Below are positions 8,815 through 17,690 of a stretch of 44,239 nucleotides of DNA, in pieces (position 1 is the first letter of the stretch; every line of letters starts with the position of its first letter). The notes beneath the pieces were generated by a model. It had not been told where the DNA came from. It searched no databases and was given only the letters and a program-made list of their open reading frames with translations. The DNA comes from an uncultured Methanosarcinales archaeon (GTDB taxonomy: Archaea; Nanobdellota; Nanobdellia; Woesearchaeales; CAZXZL01): the NCBI GenBank assembly GCA_964645415.1, contig CAZXZL010000002.1, positions 1 to 44,239 of the forward strand, read 5' to 3'. Both the position numbers and the translations under genes were made by a program.

Positions 8815-9678
8815 ATGGGAGATAAATATTGTATAGTATCTAACTTTTATGGACATTATGAATATTCAAAAATAATAAAGATGATTTCTGAAGAGGAGAA
8901 TGTTGATGCAATTATTCTTAACGGAAATTTAATGAATCCATTCTCAAAAGTAAACGATTTAAGAAGGAACATTGGATCTTTTTTAAATTCAAAGAAAAAA
9001 GTTTACATTCTTCCAGGTAGAACAGAAATAAATAATAATTTCAATCTAATTCTAGATGAATTCAAAAGATATGATAATATAATTAATGGATTAAAAAAAA
9101 GATATATCAATTCCAATGAAAGTCAAATCTTTTTTTTAAATTCACCAGAAAAAATTTACAATACTGAGTTTAACACAATTAAAGACGAACTTAATGAAAA
9201 AAATCTTGAAAGTATAATAAAAAAAGAATTAAAAGATCCTGAAAATACAGTTTTTGTAAGTACTTATCCAAGAAAGTTCAAAAGTAAAATTGCTTTTGAT
9301 TATCATTTAATGGGAGAAGCAAATTGTGATTTAATTATTGACGGGATATCTATAAAAAAAGGATCGTATCTAAATAAAGAGATTAGTGAATCATTAAAAG
9401 AAAAAGATTATCCTATCCAAATAAAAAAGAAAAATTATGGATCAAAAAAACTTTCTAATATTTATGATAATTTTAATATTACCAAAGGAATATCATCTTT
9501 TTTTTCAAAAGGAAATAAAAAAGCAATAAATGATAGTGAAAATACAATATTATTTGAATCCACTTTTAGTAAAGAAATATATTATAACCCTGGAATTGGT
9601 GCTAAAGGGGAATTTGGTATAATTGAAATAGAAAACGGAAAAATGAAATATGAACAATATAATTTTCTAAAAGTTTAA
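8815..9678 (+). CDS. Calcineurin-like metallophosphoesterase-fold protein with degenerate metal-binding motifs
   Basis: The motif scaffold is recognisable: IVSNFYG (cf. SDxHG), DAIILNGNL (cf. GD), YILPGRTE (cf. GNHE/GSHE), GISSFFS (cf. GHxH) and YNPG. The ligands are substituted. Confidence 0.7.
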   Translation: MGDKYCIVSNFYGHYEYSKIIKMISEEENVDAIILNGNLMNPFSKVNDLRRNIGSFLNSKKKVYILPGRTEINNNFNLILDEFKRYDNIINGLKKRYINSNESQIFFLNSPEKIYNTEFNTIKDELNEKNLESIIKKELKDPENTVFVSTYPRKFKSKIAFDYHLMGEANCDLIIDGISIKKGSYLNKEISESLKEKDYPIQIKKKNYGSKKLSNIYDNFNITKGISSFFSKGNKKAINDSENTILFESTFSKEIYYNPGIGAKGEFGIIEIENGKMKYEQYNFLKV

Positions 9679-10400
9679 GATAGTTTTTTAGCAAACACTA
9701 AAAAACCAGAGTGTATTACTTGACTTGATTTAGGCCTCGTAACATTTCCTGAAATTTTCCAAGACCTCTCAATTGTTTCAGTGACATCAACTAATTCAAA
9801 AAAATCATCTAAGTTATTTACAAATTTTTGAACTTGACTAATATTTGGAGAATAAGAAACAAGATATCTATTATATTTTAAAGATTTATAAGCATGTTCT
9901 ATAAATTTCCAAGGTGTTCTAACATCAAGAGTTATTAAATCTAAATTATTTTTAGATATCCCTTTATAAACATCTTTTTTAAAAAAATCAACATTATCAA
10001 TATTCAATAAGTCACAATTTTTCTTTGCAATTTTTATATGATCTTCTCTTTTATCATAACCATAAACATACTTTACAAAATTAGCAAGCATTATTGTTAA
10101 AGCACCACTACCAACACCACAGTCTGCTACAATAGAATCAGAAGTTACTCCAGTAAGTGTAAGAATATTTCCAATATCTTTTCTTGAAATTATCTGAGGA
10201 CCTCGATGAATTTTTTTATAAACATCATTAAAATTAGGGATAGAAATAAAATATTTTTTACCTTTATTTGTCTTAATAAAAGTATTTTTCTTTTTTAGGT
10301 CACTAGATTTAATTGTTCCATGATGAGTATGAAAATCTGAACTAATATCAGTAATTAAGAAATCTTTATTTCCAGAAAGTAACCTATAAGAAGAAAACAT
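9675..10400 (-). CDS. trmI: tRNA (adenine-57/58-N1)-methyltransferase (TrmI/Gcd14 family)
   Basis: RGPQII..KD, SAM motif DCGVGSGALT, LDV..PW, YSP...Q and HSGFL. Confidence 0.92.
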   Translation of the reverse strand: MFSSYRLLSGNKDFLITDISSDFHTHHGTIKSSDLKKKNTFIKTNKGKKYFISIPNFNDVYKKIHRGPQIISRKDIGNILTLTGVTSDSIVADCGVGSGALTIMLANFVKYVYGYDKREDHIKIAKKNCDLLNIDNVDFFKKDVYKGISKNNLDLITLDVRTPWKFIEHAYKSLKYNRYLVSYSPNISQVQKFVNNLDDFFELVDVTETIERSWKISGNVTRPKSSQVIHSGFLVFAKKLS

Positions 10401-10423
10401 TGTAAAGAAAGAAAAAAAGAAAA

Positions 10424-11272
10424 TTAAGCTTCATTATCTTTCTTATTTTTAAGCATTTTCAAATGCTCTTCTGCGGGAGTAAATTCATTCCAAGCAATCT
10501 CATATAATTGAGCTAGAGATTGTGAGAAGAAAGGAGTATTTACCCAAATTCCAACATCATAAGAAGGATGAACTTCTTTGTCATCTAAAACCATAAATAT
10601 AATTTCTTGTTTATCAACTAAAATAAAACGACCTCTAATATCTTCAACATGTTTAATTTCAACAAGATCATTTAAATCATCAAGTACTTTTTCAACTCTT
10701 TCATCTAATTTTGCAGCAAATTTAATATCTACTCCTCTACCAACTAATTTTTCAATGGTCGGTCTAAGACTGTCTACGATTCGAATTAAGTCGTCTTCAG
10801 TGGCCATAATATAAACACTATCTTCAGCACCTCTAACAGTTAATTCAATATGATTATATAAATTATGTCTACCTCTAATTCCACCAGATAATTCACTTGG
10901 ATCAACTAATTCAACACCTTGTGAGTGTAATTGATTTAATTCATCAATAACATCACCTTCTTTTAAATCTTCAAGTCTATCCATCTTAGACTTTGCACTT
11001 TTCTTGATGTCTTTTTTAACTCTTTCAACAACTTCATTAGGAGGTACAGCAATATATTTAATAGGTTTTCCTAATTTATTAATTACAAAACCTTTTTTTT
11101 CTAAAGATTCAAGAACATCATAAGATCTTGAACGTGGAACATCAGAAATATCGCTTAACTCACCAGCTGTTGAAACTCCTCTTGATAAGAGTGCTGTCCA
11201 TATTTTAACTTCATATAGATTTAAATCAAAATGCCGCCTTAATTTACTTAGGAATTCTTCTTTGACTATCAT
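10424..11272 (-). CDS. TrmB-family transcriptional regulator / chromatin protein
   Basis: LNLYEVKIW.ALL..G.STAGELSD.S.VPRSRSYDVLESLEKKGF winged HTH plus a C-terminal effector domain. Confidence 0.93.
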   Translation of the reverse strand: MIVKEEFLSKLRRHFDLNLYEVKIWTALLSRGVSTAGELSDISDVPRSRSYDVLESLEKKGFVINKLGKPIKYIAVPPNEVVERVKKDIKKSAKSKMDRLEDLKEGDVIDELNQLHSQGVELVDPSELSGGIRGRHNLYNHIELTVRGAEDSVYIMATEDDLIRIVDSLRPTIEKLVGRGVDIKFAAKLDERVEKVLDDLNDLVEIKHVEDIRGRFILVDKQEIIFMVLDDKEVHPSYDVGIWVNTPFFSQSLAQLYEIAWNEFTPAEEHLKMLKNKKDNEA

Positions 11273-11506
11273 ATTAAATACCCCTTTAATCTAATTAATA
11301 AACAAATATCTTAATTTATAAATGTTACTATCTTATTTATATTTACATTCATTATATAGTAATTAAAAAAAGTAAAGCAACTATATAAATATTACTTTGA
11401 ATTCATTTGAAATAAGAGTGACATCAGTTTTTATTTGAAAAGTAATTAAAGTTTAATTTAAAAATTAATGGAAATATATAAAAGTAGATTTTAGTTATAG
11501 TATTAC

Positions 11507-12547
11507 ATGGAAATTGTTGAAGAAGATAAAAATAAAGAAAAAATCTTATTAAGAATTAATAAAAAAGAAGATTTATTTTATTTAAAAGAGATTATTAGAG
11601 AAGAGGATTTAGTTGAAGGAATCGCATTTAGGAAAATAAAGTTAGATAGTGGAAAAAATATAGTAAAAAAAGGTAGAGTTAAATTAAAAGTGGACCATAC
11701 CTCATTAGAAAATGAAAGGTTAAGAATAATTGGTGAGATAACTGAAGGTCCAGAAGAGTTTCCAAGAGCACATCAAGCAATAAATATTTCTAATAATGAT
11801 GAAATTTGTTTATATAAAAAATTAAATGCATATGAAAAAAAATTACTTAAAGATTCAGTTGAAAAATCAAAAACTAATATTTTAACAATTTGTTTTGATA
11901 GAGAAAAAGCAATCTATTATAAATTAAAGAATAGAAACTATAGTAAAATTCATGAAAAAAGTTTAGGTACACAAGGAAAAGGATATAATAATAAAGGGAT
12001 ATCTGATAATAAATTATTTGAAAAGATAAATGAACCAATAAAAACTACTGGATCACTTAATTATAAAAACTTTGAAGGAATAATATATGCATCAAACTCA
12101 TTTTGGAAAGAACCTTGGAAAAAAAATACCGATAAGGAAATTAGAAAAAAAAGCACATATATTATAACCTCTTCTGTTGAAAGTTCAATAAATGAAGTTT
12201 TAAAAAGATCAGAAATAAAAACTGTTTTTAAAGATATAGAAATTCAAAAGAATCACGAGATTCTACAAGAAGTTTTAAAGAGAATCTCAAAAGATAAAAA
12301 AATTGCATATGGTGAAAAAGAAGTTAAGAAAAATATTGATATGGGTGCAGTTGATAAATTAATAGTAAGTTCTTTTTATATGAAAAAAAAGCGTGAAAAT
12401 GAATCAATTAATGATTTAATTAATTTATTTGAAAAAGTTGATAAGATGGATGGTGAGTTTATCATAATGGATTCAAATTATGAAACAGGTAAAACCATTG
12501 ATAGTTTTACGGGAATTGTCGCTTTAACAAGATTTGATATTAATTAA
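11507..12547 (+). CDS. pelA: Pelota/Dom34 ribosome rescue factor
   Basis: EDLFYL..II...D, LRIIG.I..GP, IAYG.KEV......GAVDKL and G..I..F.GI.AL.RF. TATATAAA at 11475-11482 and no SD suggest a leaderless mRNA. Confidence 0.92.
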   Translation: MEIVEEDKNKEKILLRINKKEDLFYLKEIIREEDLVEGIAFRKIKLDSGKNIVKKGRVKLKVDHTSLENERLRIIGEITEGPEEFPRAHQAINISNNDEICLYKKLNAYEKKLLKDSVEKSKTNILTICFDREKAIYYKLKNRNYSKIHEKSLGTQGKGYNNKGISDNKLFEKINEPIKTTGSLNYKNFEGIIYASNSFWKEPWKKNTDKEIRKKSTYIITSSVESSINEVLKRSEIKTVFKDIEIQKNHEILQEVLKRISKDKKIAYGEKEVKKNIDMGAVDKLIVSSFYMKKKRENESINDLINLFEKVDKMDGEFIIMDSNYETGKTIDSFTGIVALTRFDIN

Positions 12548-12598
12548 AAAAATATTAAAGATTTAAAAACCACATAAAATAAATAAAGAAGGTATAAA

Positions 12599-12796
12599 AT
12601 GGTAAAAATATATCTTGAAAGAGAAAATAAAACAAAAGAAATTGAATTTGAAGGAAAGTTAAAAAAACTCCTAAAAAAATTAAAAATTAAAAGAGAAGAA
12701 GTAATAATAATAAGAAACAATAAAGTAATTACTGATAATACAAAAATTAAACAAGAAGATAAATTAGAGTTTCTTTCAGTTTTATCAGGAGGATAA
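12599..12796 (+). CDS. Ubiquitin-like sulfur carrier (SAMP/ThiS/MoaD family)
   Basis: 65 aa beta-grasp pattern ending ...DKLEFLSVLSGG (C-terminal GG). Confidence 0.9.
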   Translation: MVKIYLERENKTKEIEFEGKLKKLLKKLKIKREEVIIIRNNKVITDNTKIKQEDKLEFLSVLSGG

Positions 12797-15358
12797 ATTA
12801 ATTAAATGATTTTTAGAAACTAATAACTTTGTTTCTGGAATATTATCAGGATTTACAACAATATAATCTAGTTTTAGGTTAAGTATTTTTTCAACAGATT
12901 TTTTATTATTTAATTTCTTACCAAGTAAGCCAACCTTAACGTTTTGATCAATATCTTTTATCTTTCCTATTTTGTTAGAGATAAAATTTAAGATATTAGA
13001 ATCAATATCCTCAAAAAAATCTTCATTAATAATATTATTTTTCAGGTATTCTCCAAAGAAAAACTTTGAGTTTTCTTCAGACATTTCAAAAATATTGTTT
13101 GATAAGCAGTCTAAATTAAAACAGATTATATCAGTTTTTTCAATAATTTTTTCTAATTTTAGACAACCTATTGAGTTTTCAATTAAACAACCAATACTAT
13201 AATTTAATTTAATGTTATAATCAGACATCATATTATTTGCGATATCTTCTATTTTCTCTTTGAAAAAGCTAACTTCTCGAGGGAAAGAAATTGTAGGAAT
13301 CATTATTTCAGGATAAATTATTTTACCATCATCATATATTTTAATTAAAGCTTCAAATAATGCTTGAATTTGCATCCCGTAAAACTCTGGATAAACAACA
13401 CCAATTCTTGATCCTCTAAAACCAAAATCAGATTTATTGATTTTAAAGTTTTTAATCATCTGAATAATTTTATTTTCTGAGATATTTAACTCGTGAGATA
13501 AATTTTCAATTTCTCCAAAATTATTCATTGAAGGTAAATATTGATTCAATGAAGAACTAAACAAAGATATTGAAACAGAATTTCCAGATAAAGAACTAAA
13601 AAATCTAAAAAAATTATTTCTTAAAGAAGGAAGAACTTTTCTAAGAACATCTCTTCTTGATTTTTCATCAAAGGAAAATATCATTTGTTTTATTAAGTTA
13701 ATTTCTTTTTCATTAAGTAAATCTTCTATTTCTAATAAACCTACTCCATCAGATAAGTAAAGACGAGATTTTTTTATCTCATTATGATTTGATACTTTAG
13801 ATTTAATTGAAAAATCCTTATATTTGTTAGTTATTGTTAAAATATTTTTAAAACCTTTTGGTAATTTAGGTTCTATTAACTCAATTTTCCCTTCATAAAT
13901 TCTACCATTATAACCATCAATAGATATCCAATCTCCTTTTTTAATTTGTTTAGAACAAAGTAAAGCACTTGAAGAAGAATAATCAAGATCTTCTACTTCA
14001 ACTAATAAGGATTTTCCTAGTTTCTTTGCAAATGAAAATACTTTCTCAGATGTTGTTTCAGAACGAATAATAATTGCTTCACATTTTTTTAATAAATCAA
14101 GATCTTCATAATTTAAGCTTTCTTTTATTAAAATTAAAGGTCTTCTTTTATAAAATAAATTTACATCATATTTATTAAAAACAACTTTTCCTGAAACAGA
14201 AATAGAACTTGATGTTTTTCCTTTTGAAATTAATTTATCATCAGATGTGATGTTCAATGATTTATGTGTAAAGTCTTGAAGATCAGATGTTTTAAGTCTC
14301 ATAATTAATTGTTTTTCATTAATCTTATTTGAATTATATAAATCATTTAAAAAATTATATTTAACATTTGAAGAAATAGCTGCACTTTTAATATTAAAAA
14401 TAAAAAGTTTTGAATTAAAATATAAGAATTCTAATTCCATTACATCATTAAATAAAGATTCAATCTTTTTTGATGAATTTTTTACTTTACGATATAATTT
14501 CTTGTTTTTTTTCTTTAAATCTGAAAATTTTACACGATTTGTCTTAAACCAATTAGGCATAAAAAATGATGAATTAAAAAACAAATTACCATAAGGATCT
14601 ATTTTATTTTTATTATTAGGATTTCTAGTAATTAACTTACCAAAAATCAAATTATCAGAAAAATTAAGATTGAAAGAAGTTATTAAAACATTTTTATTAT
14701 CCAAATCAGACTTTGATATTTCATTAAATTGATCAAAGTTTTTTGATCTATATTTGAATATTTTTTTAACTAATAAAATTAATTGTTTGTATCTGTTTTT
14801 AGATATATTTACATTTTTATCGGCAATTAATTTCTTAAATGAATCTAAGGTTTTTTCAAGTAAAACTAAATCATCATCAAATTTATTACTTAGTTTTTGA
14901 AAGGTTTCTTTAAAAATAGACTCATCAATATCAAAACAAAAAGAACTATAATTATAGATAAAAGAAATATAACATTTTAATGCTTTCTCTTTAGAATAAT
15001 TTAATTTAATTTGTCTAAATATATTTGAGTTCATACCTATAAAAGGAATAAAAATATTAGAACGATGTGAAAAAAATGTCTCAAAATGTAAATTAAATAA
15101 TACTTTATCATTCTTTGAATTTTTGATTAAGTTTTTTAGTGAATTTTTAAGAGAAGAGGATAATTTATTATTGTTTGATTGAAATTTTTTCCATTCATCT
15201 TTATTAATTAAAAAACCATCTGGTATTTTAGAAATTTTTTTCTTTTTTAAAAATAGTAATCTCTTAATAAAACTATCTTCTGAAATTTCTTTATATTTTA
15301 TATCATCAAGATTAATTAAAGAAGTATCCAGATTCCGAGGATTTATTTTTGAAAACAT
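12785..15358 (-). CDS. Pyruvate,phosphate dikinase-like protein, full length but lacking catalytic residues (probable pseudoenzyme)
   Basis: Collinear PPDK remnants: IPDGF, ELEF, IKKGDWISIDG.NG.IY.G, GVGL, GFRGSR.G..YPE...MQ..A.FEA, PEIMIP, IG.LIE and LDY..V.P. The key His, Cys and Arg motifs are replaced. Start is probably ATG 15358 (ORF track uses TTG 15394). Confidence 0.85.
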   Translation of the reverse strand: MFSKINPRNLDTSLINLDDIKYKEISEDSFIKRLLFLKKKKISKIPDGFLINKDEWKKFQSNNNKLSSSLKNSLKNLIKNSKNDKVLFNLHFETFFSHRSNIFIPFIGMNSNIFRQIKLNYSKEKALKCYISFIYNYSSFCFDIDESIFKETFQKLSNKFDDDLVLLEKTLDSFKKLIADKNVNISKNRYKQLILLVKKIFKYRSKNFDQFNEISKSDLDNKNVLITSFNLNFSDNLIFGKLITRNPNNKNKIDPYGNLFFNSSFFMPNWFKTNRVKFSDLKKKNKKLYRKVKNSSKKIESLFNDVMELEFLYFNSKLFIFNIKSAAISSNVKYNFLNDLYNSNKINEKQLIMRLKTSDLQDFTHKSLNITSDDKLISKGKTSSSISVSGKVVFNKYDVNLFYKRRPLILIKESLNYEDLDLLKKCEAIIIRSETTSEKVFSFAKKLGKSLLVEVEDLDYSSSSALLCSKQIKKGDWISIDGYNGRIYEGKIELIEPKLPKGFKNILTITNKYKDFSIKSKVSNHNEIKKSRLYLSDGVGLLEIEDLLNEKEINLIKQMIFSFDEKSRRDVLRKVLPSLRNNFFRFFSSLSGNSVSISLFSSSLNQYLPSMNNFGEIENLSHELNISENKIIQMIKNFKINKSDFGFRGSRIGVVYPEFYGMQIQALFEALIKIYDDGKIIYPEIMIPTISFPREVSFFKEKIEDIANNMMSDYNIKLNYSIGCLIENSIGCLKLEKIIEKTDIICFNLDCLSNNIFEMSEENSKFFFGEYLKNNIINEDFFEDIDSNILNFISNKIGKIKDIDQNVKVGLLGKKLNNKKSVEKILNLKLDYIVVNPDNIPETKLLVSKNHLINLSS

Positions 15359-15475
15359 TTTTATTAAACTAGTATTACTATAACATAGCAACAATCATAT
15401 TTATTTTTATTGAATAAAAAAAATAGAAATAAAAAGATACTTAAAAAAATAAGATTACAAAAAAGTGTGATTAAT

Positions 15476-16090
15476 ATGTATAAAGAAATAAGAGAGATAT
15501 ATCAAAATTTACCAGTAGACCGGTACCCACATATTCTTAGAGTTACAAATTATGCTATAAAGATAGCAAAAAAATTAAAATTTAATAAAAAAGATTTGAA
15601 GATAGTAATTATTTCTTGTTTTTTACATGATGTAGGATATAAAAAACAATTTGAAAATAAAGATCATAGTAATCACCATATTTACTCACTAAAATTAGCA
15701 GATAAAAAACTAAGAAAAACAAATCTTAGTAAAGAAGAAATAAAAAAAATTAAACAATCAATTAAAACACATGGAGAATATGAAAAGTGTAAGACAAAGT
15801 ATCAAAAAGTACTATATGATGCAGATAAGCTAGATAAAACATCTTTTACAGAAGTAATTAGAAGAGCTTTAATTTATGATGATAAAGGAGATTATAATGA
15901 TGTAGAAATTTTTGAAAAGATTAAATCAAGAATGAAAAATAATAAATTTCATTTTAAGTTTTCAAAAAAATTAGCAAAATATAACAGAAAAGATCTTTTA
16001 AAAGCAATTGAAAAACAAAATAAAATTAATGAAATGTCAAAAGTAACTGAAGAAAAAATAATAAATTCATTAGAAAGTATATTTAACTAA
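15476..16090 (+). CDS. HD-domain metal-dependent phosphohydrolase
   Basis: HILRV...A..IA, LHDVG, H...S, I..H and DADKLD all intact; start probably ATG 15476. Confidence 0.9.
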   Translation: MYKEIREIYQNLPVDRYPHILRVTNYAIKIAKKLKFNKKDLKIVIISCFLHDVGYKKQFENKDHSNHHIYSLKLADKKLRKTNLSKEEIKKIKQSIKTHGEYEKCKTKYQKVLYDADKLDKTSFTEVIRRALIYDDKGDYNDVEIFEKIKSRMKNNKFHFKFSKKLAKYNRKDLLKAIEKQNKINEMSKVTEEKIINSLESIFN

Positions 16091-16092
16091 AA

Positions 16093-17076
16093 TTAAATCC
16101 TTCTTACTTTTATACCTGCTTGTTTAAACATTGAATCTCTCATATCATCAGGGTAAGGTTCTTCATAAACAACCTCTTTAATCCCAGAATTAATTATTAA
16201 TTTAGAACAATGTGAACAAGGTTGATTAGTAATATAAATGGTTGCACCTTTTGTTGAAACACCAATATAAGATGCTTGAGTGATTGCATTTTGTTCTGCA
16301 TGAGCTGCTCTACAATCATCATGTCCCTTTCCAGATTTTATTTTATTTCTTTCTTTAAAACAACCAACATCAAGACAATGACTCGTTTTTTTAGGTGGTC
16401 CATTGTAACCAGTAGTTAATATTTCTTTATCTTTAACTATTACTGCACCTACATGTCTTCTATAACAAGTTGATCTTTGTGAAACTAAACGAGCAATCCT
16501 CATAAAGTATTCATCCCAGTCAGGTCTTTCTAAAGTATCAATCATTAAATTAACCTTTGATTTAAATTTTTCAAGAGACCCATCATTTCTAATAATTACA
16601 GGTGTTTTTTCTTCTACATCTTTTACTCTTTGAAAAGATCGATCATCAGAGTTTTCTTTTTCTTCAAGTTCTAAAAAATCACTAAAACTATTTATATCTC
16701 TATCTCTATCTCTATCCAATAATCTTTTATACCTTTTTTTAGGATCAGAAACAACTCTTATTAACTTAAAATTATTTAATTCATTTAATTTATTATATTC
16801 ATCTGGATTTCTGATACTTTCTATAATTACTTTTTCATAGTCATTTTCTTTTATTTCATCTAATGCTTTTTTAGCAAGGTAATCATTTCCATATTTTTTT
16901 CTAAGTTCATTTCCCTTTTCCATTAAGCTCTTTCTTGATGGTTTAATACCTTCTTTTTTGAGCTCTTCTCTAATATAATCAGACAAAGAAATCTTTTTAT
17001 AACCTCTTGATTCAAAAACTTTTGCGAAAGTTGTTTTTCCTGATCCGTTTTGACCAACTACTCCAACATAGAACAT
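16093..17076 (-). CDS. P-loop kinase (dephospho-CoA/NMP kinase-like) fused to dCMP deaminase
   Basis: N-terminal Walker A GQNGSGKT with SLSD.IREE and SIRNP.E; C-terminal RPDWDEYFM, RSTC, TGYNG.P, HAEQNAI and PCSHC. Confidence 0.93.
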   Translation of the reverse strand: MFYVGVVGQNGSGKTTFAKVFESRGYKKISLSDYIREELKKEGIKPSRKSLMEKGNELRKKYGNDYLAKKALDEIKENDYEKVIIESIRNPDEYNKLNELNNFKLIRVVSDPKKRYKRLLDRDRDRDINSFSDFLELEEKENSDDRSFQRVKDVEEKTPVIIRNDGSLEKFKSKVNLMIDTLERPDWDEYFMRIARLVSQRSTCYRRHVGAVIVKDKEILTTGYNGPPKKTSHCLDVGCFKERNKIKSGKGHDDCRAAHAEQNAITQASYIGVSTKGATIYITNQPCSHCSKLIINSGIKEVVYEEPYPDDMRDSMFKQAGIKVRRI

Positions 17077-17255
17077 TTTATATCAATAACTTAAGATTTA
17101 AATCAAATAGATTTAATTTAAAGTATAATAATTATTATTTTATCATTTATATTTTTTTATATATTCATTTATAAATAAGGTTAGAAAATAAAAATTTCTA
17201 ATTAAAATTTAAAAAGACATTAATATCTACTTTGTTAAAATAATTTTTATTTTTA

Positions 17256-17662
17256 TCTACGTTTTATCCTAAAGAAAATAGAAATTTTTTCTTCTACGAA
17301 AAATAGTATCTGTTTTAGCTAAAGAATGTGTATTCGTTTTTCATCTTCGATGGTCTTAGGGCAAAATCCTCTAAGAAGGGATAATTATTTGAATGAAACA
17401 AAATGAAATAGAATTTAATAGAAAATAATGTGCTATACGAAGTATAGTACTATCCTAGCCAATTTTATAAAATCAAAGATTTTAAGAGTATTTAATCATA
17501 GATTAAAACTTTGATAAAAATTGAAATAGACTTTTTACTTTGATATACTTTTAATCCGATATAAAATTCCTCTTAAAGTAATTTATCAAACTATATTAAG
17601 TAAACGAAATAAAAAGAAATAAAAAAAATATAGGAACTAAGTTCCATATAGAGTATAGTAAC
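17256..17662 (+). repeat. Mosaic palindromic repeat cluster, locus 2 (module D, module A, module C, degenerate module A)
   Basis: Module A exact at 17430-17450 and degenerate at 17641-17662. TTTAATC-ATA-GATTAAA at 17491-17507 recurs at 43943-43959. 17291-17352 matches the reverse complement of 43547-43608. Confidence 0.85.
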
Positions 17663-17690
17663 TGTTTTTTCCCTACTTTTTCTAATTGAG

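Noticed and set aside
2218..10814. Short antisense or alternate-frame ORFs (2218-2409, 2892-3197, 4024-4236, 6491-6718, 7295-7600, 7637-7849, 10578-10814)
   Set aside because: They are shadows of well-supported genes, with no motifs or SD.
16697..16716. (TCTCTA)3 microsatellite as a phase-variation site
   Set aside because: An in-frame hexamer encoding DRDRDRD, so copy changes would not shift the frame.
17430..17450. DGR IMH hairpin / diversity-generating retroelement
   Set aside because: No reverse transcriptase, no TR/VR pair with adenine-specific mismatches, and the hairpins do not follow same-strand target gene ends.
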